From contig NC_067398.1 of the NCBI RefSeq assembly GCF_016432865.1, positions 177,134,001 through 177,198,000 of the forward strand: DNA of 64,000 bases, in the 5' to 3' direction. The position numbers were made by a program, and so were the translations under genes. Below are positions 37,017 to 50,765 of this stretch, piece by piece. The notes under the pieces are model-generated. The model saw only the letters and a program-made list of their open reading frames with translations, made no database searches and was not told where the DNA came from. This DNA is from Antechinus flavipes (lineage: Eukaryota). Within the stretch, counting starts at the first letter, position 1. Every line of letters begins with the position of its first letter.

Positions 37017-38826
37017 TTAGTGCTGATGGAGTAACATGATCCTGAAAAGATGGGGCAAACCATTAATGCTGAAGCCACTGACTGTTTACTTCAGGTTGAA
37101 GTCAGCTCTACAATAGACAGATTTCCAACTGATAAAGAGGTTTTGAATGCCATTAGGCATTTCTTCTGTGGCAAAGCACTTGGTGCTAATTCTCTTCCAG
37201 GTGCTATTTACAAAGTAGAGAATCCATTGCTCATACAAAAGCTGACTAAAATTTTCTGGGTTTTATGGTAAGAGGAAGTTATTTTTGCAGATCAGGGACA
37301 CCTCCATTGTCCATCTCCATAAAGGTAAAGGAAATAGGTTGTCATGTGACAGTTATAGGGGGTCTCTCTCTCTTAGTCATTCCTGGCAAGATCCTTGCCA
37401 GAGTTTACTTTAATAGGCTCATCTTTCATCTTAAAGATGGTCATCTACCTGAGAGCCAGAGTGGCTTCATAAAAGGTTGGTGAATGATCCATATAATATT
37501 TGCTGCCCAAAACTCCAGAAGAAATGATAAGAGCAAAGGTCTATACTCAGCATTTGCAGATTTGAACAAGGCTTTTCACACTGTCAAGCATGAAGACTTA
37601 TTGAAAATTATGTCAAAATGCTCAGAGAAGTTCATGAGTATTATACATCATTTTTAAAGGATAATGTTATGTGCTTTCCTGGCCAACAATGGAGTGAAAT
37701 GCAGTTGTGTGCTTGCTCTGATGAGTTTTCGCATGATGTTTTCTGTTGTGTTGTCAAATATCTTCAATGAGTATAAATATGGCATCAAGGTCAGCTACTG
37801 CACTGGTGGTAAATTCTTCAACTTGGAAAAGCTACAAAGTCAAAACCAGAGTAGAAGAAATATTGATACATGATGCTTTCTTTGCAACCTTGGAATGTAG
37901 CCTTGGAAGCTGGATGCTACGAAGATTGATTTTCTGTGCTAATTTTTACTTAACCATCAAGACCAAGAAAACAGGTACTCTACCAGACAGCACCTAACTA
38001 TTCATATGTGGAACCACCAGTTACAAGAAATAGAAAACTTTTGAATGCTATGGATAAGTATATTTGTTCTGTCAATATGCTTTCCAGGTTGTACACACTG
38101 ATAAGGAGATTGACACACACATAGTCAAAGCTAACTCAATATATGGGAGTCTACAAAGGAAAGTGCAAGAAAAGAGGTATTAGACTGACTATGAAACTGA
38201 AGATCTATGGTCATTATATTGACTCATTGCTGTATGGCCATGAAACATGGACTGTATACCAGTGCATGACAGGAAACTGAATTCTTTCCATTTGAATTGT
38301 TTAAGGAAGATTCTGAATATCACCTGGCAGGATAAGTTACCAGAAACAAAGGTCCTTTTCTTGAACTAAACTGCCAAGCATTCAGATTTACTGCAGAGAG
38401 TACAATTCTGATGGGCTGGTCATGTAATTCAAATGTCAAATGTATGCTTGCCAAAAAGAAACTATTTTATGGAGAACTCACACAAGGTGGTTAGAAAAAG
38501 TGATAGAAGGACACTCTCAAGGTTTCTCTAAAAAACTCTGGAATTGATTGTATGACATGGGAAAGACTGTCACAGAGCCACCCTGAATGGTGTGCCTTCA
38601 TTAGAGAAGGTACTGTGTGTGCTCTGTAAGCAAAACAGAATTGAAGTAGCCCAAATGAAACACAAGATGCACAAATTTAGATAATCTACCACAAATGTTC
38701 ACATGGATTATTTGTGCCTGAACCATAGTACAGCATTCCAAGCTTATATTAGTCACAGACCCACTGTGACTTGATTCTAACATGGTGATATCATTTTGGT
38801 TCTCTTCAAAATGAAAGAATAACTAC
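37017..38826 (+). mobile_element. RTE-clade LINE (marsupial RTE/BovB-related), 5' truncated, decayed
   Basis: INAEA..LLQVEV..PTDKEVLNAI...GKALGANSLP..IYK; LSLLVIPGKILARV; LPESQSGF; NGVK.SCVLA. Typical RTE 3' end (atcattttggttctcttcaaaatgaaag). Confidence 0.9.
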
Positions 38827-41800
38827 ATAATACATACATGCGTACAAACATATACATACATACATATATGTATATAGAAACACATGGATGAAAAATATCA
38901 TGCTAAAAAGCATGGAAGCAAGCATTCAGCCTTGTTTCACTCCACTGGGAAAGTTTGAGAGCATTGCCCATTGTCCAGAACTTGGGCAAGCATGCCGTAA
39001 TGAAATTGACTCTAACAAAGTGACTCTAAGAAAGTAAAAACATTATTATCCTCCGTCTCTCTGTCTCTCTGTGACACTCTCTGAGAACAAAGGACAACAA
39101 CAAGACACATACACATACACATGTATGGATATATCTACATATTTACATACACACATATACACATTAGTAACAGGAGAGAAAATTGTTCCAGGACTATTTT
39201 TATTCACTTTATTTAATTTTAATGAAATAACCAAAATGAGATAATAGTGATGATGATGATGATAGTACTGCTACTATAGCTGCTGCTACTTACTACTATT
39301 ACTACTACTAACCTAAGCTAAGCTTCAGTTTCCTCTTATTTAAAATGAAGAAAAATGATACTTGTGCTACCTATTTTATGAGGGATTGTGTGAAAGTGCT
39401 TTCTCAATCTTAAAAACCAAAAATAAAAGTTTATTTTTATTATCTTTGGCTAAGGGATATAACCACTTCCTTACTTTAAAGTCATGAGTCATTAGTCTAC
39501 TTTGTGCTCCTCCCTTCTTCAGTAAGGAATGCCAAAGCCTACACATTTTATCCATAAATATAAATAAATACTTCATAGGTTATTAGAAATATCAGCATTT
39601 TTTTTCCCCCACAGGTACTTCTACAGAGGCAGCATGGCATATCAGAAATTATACTGGGTTCAATCTTGAATTTGTCAGACAAATTCCTCTTGGATGTGTT
39701 TCTTTAACTCTGTTGGTGTCAGGTTTTTGTTTTTGTTTCTTTTCATCTATAATATAAGGACAGTTGACATCTAGGGTTCTTTCTGTCTCTAAATCTATCT
39801 TATGACCCCTTTCTCCCCTCATTACTTGGGCAAGACTAAAGATTTACTCTTTAGTGTAAAACACTTTAGAAAATTTCCAGTGTAGCAACATCTGAGACTT
39901 TCTCTAACAGCTTTCAGGGTATACTTACTCACTGTTCATTTTGGAAATTGTCAAAAGGAAATGACTTGCTTCATTCTTGAGACTAGTCCAGTTCTGACTG
40001 AACAATGTGGGCTTTGGTCATGCCTGGCCTAGATGAGAATTGCTCCAAACTTTGTGTTCCTTACTCCTTCTATTTTTGAGTCTTTTCATTAGGATTTTGG
40101 TCTGTTTGGGGTTCCACAGATGGGTGCTATTTTCTATTTTGAAGAACTAGGACATAAAGTAGGACCTATAAGGTTATTATTCCCACAAAAATAAAACAAA
40201 ATACAAAACCATTTGGCTTCCTTAAATTCTTCTGAGGATTAATCCAGATTCAGCTCAAAGCCTCAGTGACAGGAACCACTATAATTCAGGAAACCCCAGG
40301 CAGGGAGTGAAAAGGGGCAGAATCGGGTCACCCTTTAGGTGAAAGGAATGAGTCAAATATCTTTACTCACAACATTTGGCTCTGAAAGAAAGTAATGGAT
40401 TTATTTCCAGTAGTGTCCAATTACATTGTGGGTACTTCACTTCCCACCCCTCCTTCTTCATCCCCAATTTATTTTTTTTTTCCAAATTGGAAATTGAGCT
40501 AGAGCAAATTATATAGTCTGACCATCCTGCTACTACTTTTCTGTCGAGCCTAATGCTTTTAACTGAGGTTGGTCATTCAAAGAACAGAGCGTGATTTCCT
40601 ATGCACATCACTGAGTAATAGTTTATGGGAGACTGTGGAAAGTATGCAATATTGGCATAATAGATCAAGACTTTCATCAACATAAAAGGAAAGGAATTAC
40701 AAGGCACTTGCTGACAGGGTACTGTAGCTTGATAGGGCACTCTGGGGGCAGATACACTAAAAGCATTTTGGCACTGTGAAGTGTATTTCCTGGACAGATG
40801 TGTTCCATTCGTGATGGAAGTGTCTTGCTCTTCTCAAGAGTTCTAACATGCCAATTATAAGTAAACTGAATCCATGTTTTGTCAGATACTGTTATCACAG
40901 GAAATTCAAGGTTGTCACTGCCTTAAGGTGACATGAGATCAATAAGGTTAGAAGTTTTTTGCCTTATAGAAAAATAGGAAAGCTTCGATAATCATTTAGT
41001 CATTTCATTTCCTTAACTTTGGCACCCAAAGCTGCCTAATTAGATTAGGTTTAAGCTGGGGCTGTATAGTTATATAATAACACTGATTTTAATATACTCT
41101 TACCCTGGTATTTCATGAAATTTACCTTGATTAATGTTATATAGTAGTAGGCATGTTTACATTCATATGGGTTAAGCCAGAACACCTTCATACAGGAAAA
41201 AAAAATGAAAAGACAATTTGAATACCAGAAAGCAAAATCTTACAAATGTCTACATTTTAATAATAAATAGTTGAAAAGAATAATATGCCAATTCAGTGTT
41301 GTTGTTGTTTTTTTAAATAAAAGAGTGAATTAGTCATTTTGTACTGTAGTAGGGGATATGTGTGGGGAAGTCATATCAAGGTTATATAAAGATTGATATT
41401 TTCCTTCATTTTTTCCTTCCAGTATTCCTTCTCTTATTTTTATTAAAGTAAAATAAACACATTGAGAATATTCTCCAACCCATGGAGTCCTTCATCCCAA
41501 AGCCTCATCAGAAGGCTCCAGACATAACGGCAGTGTCCCAGACTGCCCTTTACACTAGACACTTAGACGAAAGGTAAAATGAGCGGATCAAATAACCAAT
41601 TCCAAATTGATGCAGGCATTGAGAACAGAAGCCTGGTTTTCTCCCCCTGTAATGTCTGCATAAAAGTGGAGAATATGGTTAAAAACATTGGCGGCAGCCA
41701 GTTACAGGAATAGCCAGCCCTTCCAGGAACAAATGCATGCCTAATGAACTTGTGGACACTGCATTTACCGCAACAACAGCAGGTTTTCTCACATATGCAC

Positions 41801-44529
41801 TTCTTTGCAGCCCTAGAATGTGCTGAGTTTATTGACCTCCTGTAAACACTGATGGAAGAGTCAGGCTGCCAAAAAGGGAACGGCAAAGAGCAATCCAAAA
41901 CATCTTGGAAAGGCCTCTGAGAAAAGGTTTTAATGTTAAGAAGACGCACTCTTCTCCTTCCTGCCAAATGCAATTTTTGTTAAAAGATCCATGGAATAAA
42001 AAATAAATAAATAAATAAAAGTTGGTCTCTCTAATGACCTAGTCATGTAATAGCTTCCAAGACTAACAGTACCTGCAGAGAGTTCTCCTCTGTCAGCCTT
42101 GCCGCCTGATTGCAATGTAAACACCAATTCAACAGGCTTCAGGGGATGAGGATGGAGATGGGATTTCCATCCCCCTTGCTCATTTACCAGACTTTATCAT
42201 TTCTGTGGATTAAACACTAATTCTAGCATGAAAGTGTATCTTTCCACAGGATGTAATCTGTTTAAATATAAAACAGTTTGGATCCTGGCATACATTGCCA
42301 CAAGAACACAAAGGATTCTCCTCACATCTGCCTCTAACTGGAAGAGCCAAATACTGTCAAAGTTTGTTTCACTCACTTTAAAACCACTAATCTTCCTCAG
42401 TGGATGGCAACTGAAAACAACAGATTCATTTTGTTTTTTGTTTGTTCTTTTGTTTTTGATAGGGATCTGTGATTTAGTTAATATAGGTAGGTCTGGGTAA
42501 GGAAACTGGCTTTGTCAGTACCAATCTACAAGTGTTTTTGAATTTAGTTTGTTAAGAAAGGAACCTGGGGGCATTGAGAGTTTAAGTCAAATCAAATTAA
42601 GAACTATTTATTAGACTCCTACTATGTGCCAGACATTGATCTAAGGACTTTACATATATCTCAATTGACTCTCATAACAATTGAGAAATAGGCTTTATTA
42701 TGGTCTCTATTTTATAGCTGAGAAAATTGAGGTAAATAGAAGTTAAATGAGTTTTCCAATGTCATAAGTCAAGCTTCTAAGGTTGGATTTTGAATTGTAG
42801 TCGGCTCCAGACCTTTTTATTCACCCACCTACCACAAAGAAAAAATGGGAGTGAGGGGAGTCTTTGCTTCCAAGAGCTCATGTTCTAATAGGATAGACAA
42901 TATGCAAACAACTATGCAAACAAGATATGGACAGAAGAAACTGCAAATAATCTCAGAGGAAAAATATTAAGAAAAAGGCCTGGGAATGCTTTCTTTCACA
43001 AAGTAGGATTTTAGCTGAAATCTTAAGGAAAGCAGAGAAGCTGGGGTTTAGCCACCCAGGTCCCAGTCAGTCAGAGGTGGAACTCATGAAGTCTTTCTAC
43101 TTACTATTCTATTTAGTTTCTCAGGATGGATTCCAAATATTTCTTTGCAGTTTTATGGTGGAAGAAGTTTCTTGTTCCATTTAAAATGGGACCCTACTTT
43201 CACATTTTAATATATTTTTGTCCCTGAGCAAATTGACTGGGTAAATGATGATTAAGAGCCTGAAATCCAAGCCTGGCTTTGAAAAACATTACCCTCTTTC
43301 TAGCCATTATTTAAACTTGATCTCACTCAAGATTTGCCTACAACCAGAAGTTGAACATTTCTAGTGAAATCCTGAGCAATAAAATGAGAAGCATTGGCCC
43401 TTTTCTCTACAAGTGTGCAATTAGAGTTAACTGAGCTCTTCGGGAATGTGTTAAGCCAAGAGGTATCCTATTTTGTGAACAATAAAATACCTGTGGTTAT
43501 ATTAGTTGCTAAACTCCAGGTAGATTACTCATAGCTGTCATCACCATTGGATTTCCCTTCCCCCACTCCAGCCCTAAAACAGCTATTTACAATGGTGCTA
43601 GGGATGTATTTGCAATCAAACATTCAATGCTCAAACAGCTACTCTGTATATAGATCTTCTGTAAGTAAATTATATAACTGCCCTGAATGCACATTTATCA
43701 TTTCATTTTCCCCGTGGTGTTCCTGAGGCAGCTGAAGACCACAAACAGTAAAGCCCTGTCTTAATGACCAGCTCCAGACATCCCATTCAGGCTTCTCTGG
43801 CTGCTTGTGGTTGGTGTCCTAACTACTGAATAAATGGCTCTAGCTTCAAAAGATCTGGCTGACCTGCTGATTTGAAACCGCTTCCCAACAGCAGTGAACA
43901 GTGGCCTCCCAGTGGAGATCAAAGGAGTTAAAGCAGGCCTTTTATAACAGGCAGGATGGGAGATGATCTCGGTCATGAAATCAAAACTTGAAAGCATCCT
44001 TGTAGCCCAGATCGGGAAATAACTGAGTAATGCTGCTCACCAAGAGTCCGGTCCCTACCCCAACCCCAGTACAAATAGCATTAATTGAAAGGCTTTGACA
44101 TTTCTTCTTTCTCCCTCTAGTCACATGGGCTTTTCCCCGCTCTCATTTCTCTAGTCAATAGCATCCTAGAAGAATAGCAATCAGGTATCAATCCATCCAC
44201 CTGTGTTTATTAAGCACCTATTATGAGCTAAGCATTATGTGTGCTGAGGATATAAAGAGAAGTTAAAAAACAAAAAAACAAACTAACCAAAATCAGTCCG
44301 CATTTTAAGGACCTTCCATTCTAGAATTCAGAGGAAATCTAGAAATACTTCCTCCAAAGTGTGAAATTTTCATCTGGAACTCAAAAGAAGTCAGAGAAAT
44401 CAGAAGGCTGAAATAAGGAAAAAGAGCATCCCAGGCCTGAGTTCAGCTAATGAAAAGGTACAGGCATCACTAGGAGATAGTGAGAATTTGATACTAGACT
44501 ACCATAATAAAGGGAACATTGAAATAGAG

Positions 44530-44665
44530 TCACAGAATTTTTTTTTTGGTTTCCTAGTTCATATAAAAGTTATATTTATTCCATATTATGGTCTATTAAG
44601 TGTGCAACAGCATTATGTCTAAACAAACAACATAAACACATTAATTAAAACACACTATTGCTAAA
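44530..44665. mobile_element. Charlie1-family hAT fragment
   Basis: catataaaagttatattt...gtctattaagtgtgcaacagcattatgtctaa...ctattgctaaa matches the recalled Charlie1 subterminal region. Confidence 0.55.
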
Positions 44666-45595
44666 GATCATGGAAGTTGTTGATTAAGGAGTTGATTTGG
44701 TCATGATGAGGACCTGAATAACTAGATGAGACTGACAGAGAAAGACTGAAGTATTAATAAGATTATTTCATGAAGAAAACAGGGACTGATGTGGATCAGT
44801 TCAATCTTATATTCCCACTCTCTGTGGAAGTCATGGATAGCCGGCCTTTCTGTGTCTAGTCAGAAACCCAAGTTATGTAAAACCCCAGAGCTTAAATTTC
44901 CCCTATAAATAAATAGATATTTCCTCTTCTCCTCCCACCATATCTCATGATGTCTTTTTCCTTCTTATAGTTAACTAATTATTTTGGAGTCTAAATTCCT
45001 CTATGTATTTAGTTTGCCAATTAAGAGCATACTCCCATGTCATGGCTTATTTCCTTTCTCCTGGTTAATTGTGAGGTCCAATGGGGAATTTGTCATTTTT
45101 ATTGTTAATTGTTATATGTTCTTTCAATTCTATTTCATATTTACCATTCCTACTGTTTATTGTATCTCTTCATTTTGTCTGTAACTTCTTCTCCACCCAA
45201 AAACTACCTTTTGCTAAAGAGAATGATCATGATACATTGAGATGTATAAGGTTGAAACATATTACATTGTGACCACATGATGCAATAAAATGTCAAGTGT
45301 TTAAAAAAAAATCCATGATAGCAATCATTTACACTTTTCTGGGTAAATTTAATCAAGTAACAAATATTAGTTTACTTTCCATATTTGTTCTCCCTCATTA
45401 GAATGTGATCTCCTCTGGACTAAGGGATTTCTATTTGTATACCCTGTGCATAGCACAGAGTAAATGCTTGATAAATTTGTCATTAATTAATTAATAATTC
45501 ATTATTTAATATCTACTAAACTCACAGCACTGTTCTAGGTGTTATATACAAACAAACAATAACATTCTTGTCCTTGATAATTTTACATTTATTTT

Positions 45596-45800
45596 GAGAA
45601 TTTTTTGTTAGCTGTTTTTTTAGTCATGTCCAATTCTTGTGGCCTCATTTGGGGTTTTCTTAGCAAATATACTGGAGTGGTTTCCCATTTTCTTCTCCAG
45701 CTCATTTCACAGATAAAGAAACTGAGGCAAACAGGGTTAAATGACTTGCTCGGTATTACACAGTTAGTAAATGTTTCTAGCAAGATTTGAACTCAGGAGG
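45596..45800 (-). mobile_element. MAR1 SINE
   Basis: tagtcatgtccaattcttgtggcctcatttggggttttcttagcaaatatactggagtgg...gaaactgaggcaaacagggttaaatgacttg. Confidence 0.85.
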
Positions 45801-48800
45801 GATTAAGCAGACATAGGTGCATTGGAAATAGAGTTATACATAGAATCAGGAAGTGAATTCAAGCTCTGTCCCTGGCATATACTAGCGTGTGGTGTCTTAG
45901 CAAGACAGGTAACCTTTCATTGAAGGTCCAGGCCATTTTCTAAGGATATGAAATCACAGAGTAGTTGGTGATCTACATTGGTAAAACTGGAGATTTTCTA
46001 TAATATTAACATCACTGATGCAGATGAAAAAAATACTGAAAATTTCACTATGTGATCCTAGGAATGTCCTAACTTTTAAAATGGGGGAAACCTTAAATTA
46101 TCTATCTATAAATTCTCTTCCAATTTAAATATTCAAAGTTTAAATATTCAGTCTGTCTCAGGATTAAGATGAGGGAGATGGTGACAATAAATGAGTTAGC
46201 AGGTGTAATGGTAGGTGTAAAAGTGATGAGCTTATCCTGGGAGGGATATCTTGTTTAGTGGACTTGAAATCAGTCAGAGCAGCAGAGTAAAAAGAGCAGG
46301 AAGATTCACTAGGAAGACAACGAATAAGCCAACCTTCCTCTTATTTTCAATCATATAAAACTACTTATTACCTCTCCACTTTATGTTGTTTTTAACTTAC
46401 AATTTATGACTAGGTTTATATAAAAGTACTTATTACTTCTTCATTTTATGCTATTTTTTACTAACAATTCATGACTGGGTTTATATCCTGGATAAAGGGT
46501 CAGACTTGAAGTTAGGAACACCTGGCCTCTTGACACATATTATCTGTGGGATGTTGGACAAGTCACTTAATCTTTCAATCTCCCAGGCAACTCTCTAAGA
46601 TTACAAGTCACATAATTGCTGATTTTCATTGACTGAAAGTCTATTTTCTCAGGAAGATCAACCTACAACAAGAAATTACTGAACCAGACCAGAAACATGA
46701 GACAAACAAAATAAAGCAAAACAAAATCACAATGATATGATGATGATGATGATTTTAGATAGTTACATAAATTACAGTGCCTAAAACAATTTGTTTCATC
46801 ATTACTAAACATCTGGTAATGAGTTTCTCTGAAATTAAGTGGTCTGATTCTTAGTTGACAGATACAGTTCATCTCTGAATACATATTGATGGCTTTTGAT
46901 CTAGTTAAAACTATGATAATTTTCTAGAATTCAGTTCATCTTCACCTTTTACTGATGTTCTAATATTTATCATGACCACAATAAACATATTTCCCCCCCC
47001 TATCTTCCTTAGGGACTGTGATATTTTAAAATAAATTGTTAAAAATATATATGTATACACATATATATTTTTAAATACAGTGAGCTTTTTCTTTTGCCAC
47101 CAAAGAACTGGAAAACATGTTTGTCTAGAAGGGAAAAGGAACAGGGAGGGTGTGAGGTGAGGTGTGTGTGGGGATAACCGATGAAGGATTTTCTAGGCAT
47201 ATCTATTCACTCCATAGATGGATTTGTGGAGGTCTGGACATGTGATTTTCTTAGTGGAGAGAACTCTTTCAATGAGGAGAATCTCTCTAACCACACCACT
47301 ATATCTTAGAGAGCTATCTTTGACACTAAGAGGTAAAATGATCTATCAAGAATCTCATAACCTGTATATATCAAAGACAGGACTTTATCATTGGTCTTTC
47401 TGACTCCTGGACCAGGTCTTTATTCATTTTACTGAGCAGCTTCTCACAGACTGGTTAGTCTCCTAACTCACAGGTAACTTTCTTCTTTTTAAAAGGAGAT
47501 AATCATAGTTCTGTCTCTTTCTGATGAAAATCAAATCTGAACCAAAGAACCTAGATGATTATGCTTACAAGCATTTTGCTATCAACAGTTACAGATTGTA
47601 GTTATGTCTGAATAGGGCACTCCTACAATTTTTCTCTGAGTTGCTAATTTAGCACAATTCAATATTGGATCATCAGGACCTATCACTCTTCAGGCTTCTG
47701 GATAGTGATATACTTCCCTATCAGGAGGTGTGGGGCTGAGTTTTGGAGATCTCTGAGGATATCAGCTTTTTGGTTGGGTAGGAAATGGGAATATCAGAAT
47801 AGCATTCAGTCCTATATTTCCAAGTAGGAGTTGTGAAATAGAATTAACCCAAGTGGTCAAATGAAGGATGGAGTAAACTTATTTTTGGTGGGACAGCCAT
47901 GCTCACCTTTTGACAGTTTACAAGATTGTGCGAGCCAGAGGGAAAATAACTTAAATTACACTCATTTACATTCCAGGGTTTGCCACAACTAACTTTGAGC
48001 CATTTCTTTCAGTTGTCCCCCTTGTCTGGCTCCCAGATGAATTGGACTTTCCTGTGCTGCCCAGGACTCAAGGTGTGGATCATAAATAAAAATCAATGTG
48101 TACAGTATTTTTGCTGCCCACTTCTAAAGTTTCCTGCACACCACTGGCCTGAAATACTTTTGAGACATAGTGTTTATTCTTGCTTCATGGTATTTTTATT
48201 TGTGTTATGCTATAAATATTGGAGTTCAAATGAATTTTTTAAGGGAGCTGATGAATAATACCGCCTAAGCATTTTGCATATTGGTTTTAAAGAGTTAGAT
48301 GTCAGAGTGTGGGGGATAGTAGCCAAATCTGGTTTGTAGGAGGCAGTAAGTGAAAATGAGTAAGGCTTTTTTTTCCCCCAGAGAGAACTATCTAAATGAC
48401 GACATTATTATCCTGCTGTGTCCCCATTTCTAAGCTTCGCAAAAGGCTTGAAATTATGTTGCTGGGGCATTTTTTACTTTGTCAACAAAAGATTTGAATT
48501 CCTTCCCTTGATGGTTGACTGGTACTTCTGGGATCACTATTTGTATCCTAAATGTGTTATACCAGAAGCTTCTAAACATTTTTTAGTATATGAGTATAAT
48601 TTGCTTATTTATAAATTAGACAAATGTACTATTACACTAATGTAGATGTACATTATCATACTCACAAATACATAAATATATACATACATAATAATAATAT
48701 AATAAAAATGAGATGATATTTGATCCTCGAACCCATAGGGAGTCATCATCCATATATAATGAGTAGAGGAAACATTTTTCGGGAGTCATTTCAGCAGCTA

Positions 48801-49749
48801 TGGGATATATATTGGAGTAGGGAGAGAAACCAATGAAGAGACTATTAAATGAGCTTTGGTGATGGCAGTGTGAGTGGACCAAAAATATGCCTAGATTAAG
48901 ACATATTGTGGATGTAGAAATAATAAGATTTGTCAACTAATTGGAAAAACAGGTTGAAGGAGAGTGAGTGAGGAGTCAAGGATGAAATCAAGGTGGAAAA
49001 TCCGTGAAATTCTGCTCCACCAAAATAGAGAAATTTAGATGAGGGGATGATTTGTGGGGGGTGAGAAAGGGAAATTATGCAATAAATTTGAACAGAACAA
49101 TTTTGGGAGAACATGAACTTATTAGGACTAGCTAAAACCTACATCCACCACAAACCTAATAGTAAAACTCTAAAAAGTCAACAGAAGACCTAATGTTATA
49201 TATTTTTTTAAAGGTGGGAGGTGTAGACATCTATAAGCTCTTTATTTAGTCAAGAATACATAAAAAGTCTGACAAAATTCTGAAGAACTTCTGAGCAGAG
49301 ACAAACTAAAGTACATAAAAGGCAAAGAATGTAAGCAGTGTAGGACCAGACCAGGAGATAGGCCTGGACTAGTGTCCAGAACAAAAGGGCTAAATCAGCA
49401 CCTGTATATTTAACTAGCAGGACAGCTTTTAAAGTTACATGTTGAATTTATTGTATATTTTAAAATAAAAGCAAGGTACATACTGTAAATTTCATGTACA
49501 AATTGCCTTATTTGCTATTTGTTCAATTTATAATTAACATAATTTTTAAGTAATGAGGTTTTCATTGAAGATTATAATTTATCAATGCCTACGTATCTTA
49601 TGTGGCTAAGTCTGTCCTAATTAAATTATTAAAGAAATTAAAAATTAAAGAAATTAAAAAATATCTTTAATTATCTTGGATATGGGTGAATTTTCCCAAA
49701 ACACCCTCAGAATTTATATAATTGCCTTGAAATGCCAATACCTAGGACA

Positions 49750-49995
49750 ATTAGGTGGTACAGTGTACTGAATTTGCAATCAAGTTTGTAAACTCATGTT
49801 TAGGAGTTCAAATCTAGACTCAGATACTTACAAACTGTGTGATCCTGGGCAAGTCACTTATCCTTGTTTGCCTTAGCTTCCTCATTTGTCAAATGAGTTG
49901 GAGAAGGAAAAGGAAAACCATTTCAGTATTTTTACTAAGAAAATACCAAATGGGGTCATGTAAAGTTAGACATGACTAAAAATGACTTTTTGAAA
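49750..49995 (+). mobile_element. MAR1 SINE
   Basis: Head, CORE (tgtgtgatcctgggcaagtcactta) and tail (ggagaaggaaaaggaaaacc...catgactaaa). Confidence 0.85.
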
Positions 49996-50599
49996 CAACT
50001 CCCACAATTGGCTATCAAGCAGGAAATTTGTTCCATCCTCCTCCTTATTGCTTCCACTCTTCTGGTCAAGTGATGGAGATCATTATGAAAAAACAGACTC
50101 TACTTTAAAAAAAAAAAGATCTATATTTCATTAACATGAAGTAAAAATATGACCAAAATAGGATACTTGGAGTTAAAGTAAGACCTGAAAGTAAGGTACA
50201 ATAATTCAGAATTGAGATAGGCAAGTAATCATTCACACACACAATACATTACAAGGGAAGGATTAGCTGCTAGAGGAGGATGAGAAAGATATTTGGCAAA
50301 GAAACTGAGTTTTGAAGGTAATATGTTAAAAAAAAAAGTGAAGTTGAGTAAGGTTAATTCCATTCCAGAAGACAACCTGTGCAAAGACATGCAGATGGAA
50401 GACTAATAATATCTACCTCCTAGGGTTTCTGTGATAATTGAATTACATTATTAATTTAAAGCACTTTGTGAATCTTACTGAGATATGTTATTTTATCATA
50501 CTATTACAGTCATTATTATTATAGTCCACTAAAACCCTAACCTTAACAGACTCTACATCCTCTGTTCTATACTTATGCAATTTTTTTTTAATATAAGTG

Positions 50600-50765
50600 A
50601 AAATCTGCCATTTATCCCTATCACCTTTCATTTTAAAAGTTTTCAGATCCTCCTTCTATCTTATCAAGACAATTCAACTCCTTATTTCTGTCTTCCCATG
50701 CCTGGAGCCCTACCAGTTTAATGTCACTCACAAACTTGACAAATTTGTGGACTTGAACAATCCAG
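50600..50765 (-). mobile_element. L3/CR1 RT fragment
   Basis: Minus strand VKFVSDIKLVG...EDRNK..LDKIE...KMKGDRDK, similar to CR1 KFADDTKLGG...KMKFNRDKC. Confidence 0.65.

Noticed and set aside
36614-37039. Cluster of ORFs on both strands
   Set aside because: Produced by TC/TG low-complexity sequence.
40740-40830. miRNA-like hairpins
   Set aside because: Stems are only 6-7 bp, too short for a pre-miRNA, and no mature miRNA is recognised.
43239-43295. C/D-box snoRNA-like motif (ATGATGA...CTGA)
   Set aside because: The D box is only 8 nt after the C box, and there is no terminal D box next to the closing stem.
44660-45280. Additional decayed LTR (TATA-like ctataaata near 44904)
   Set aside because: No TG...CA termini, TSD or poly(A) signal could be established.
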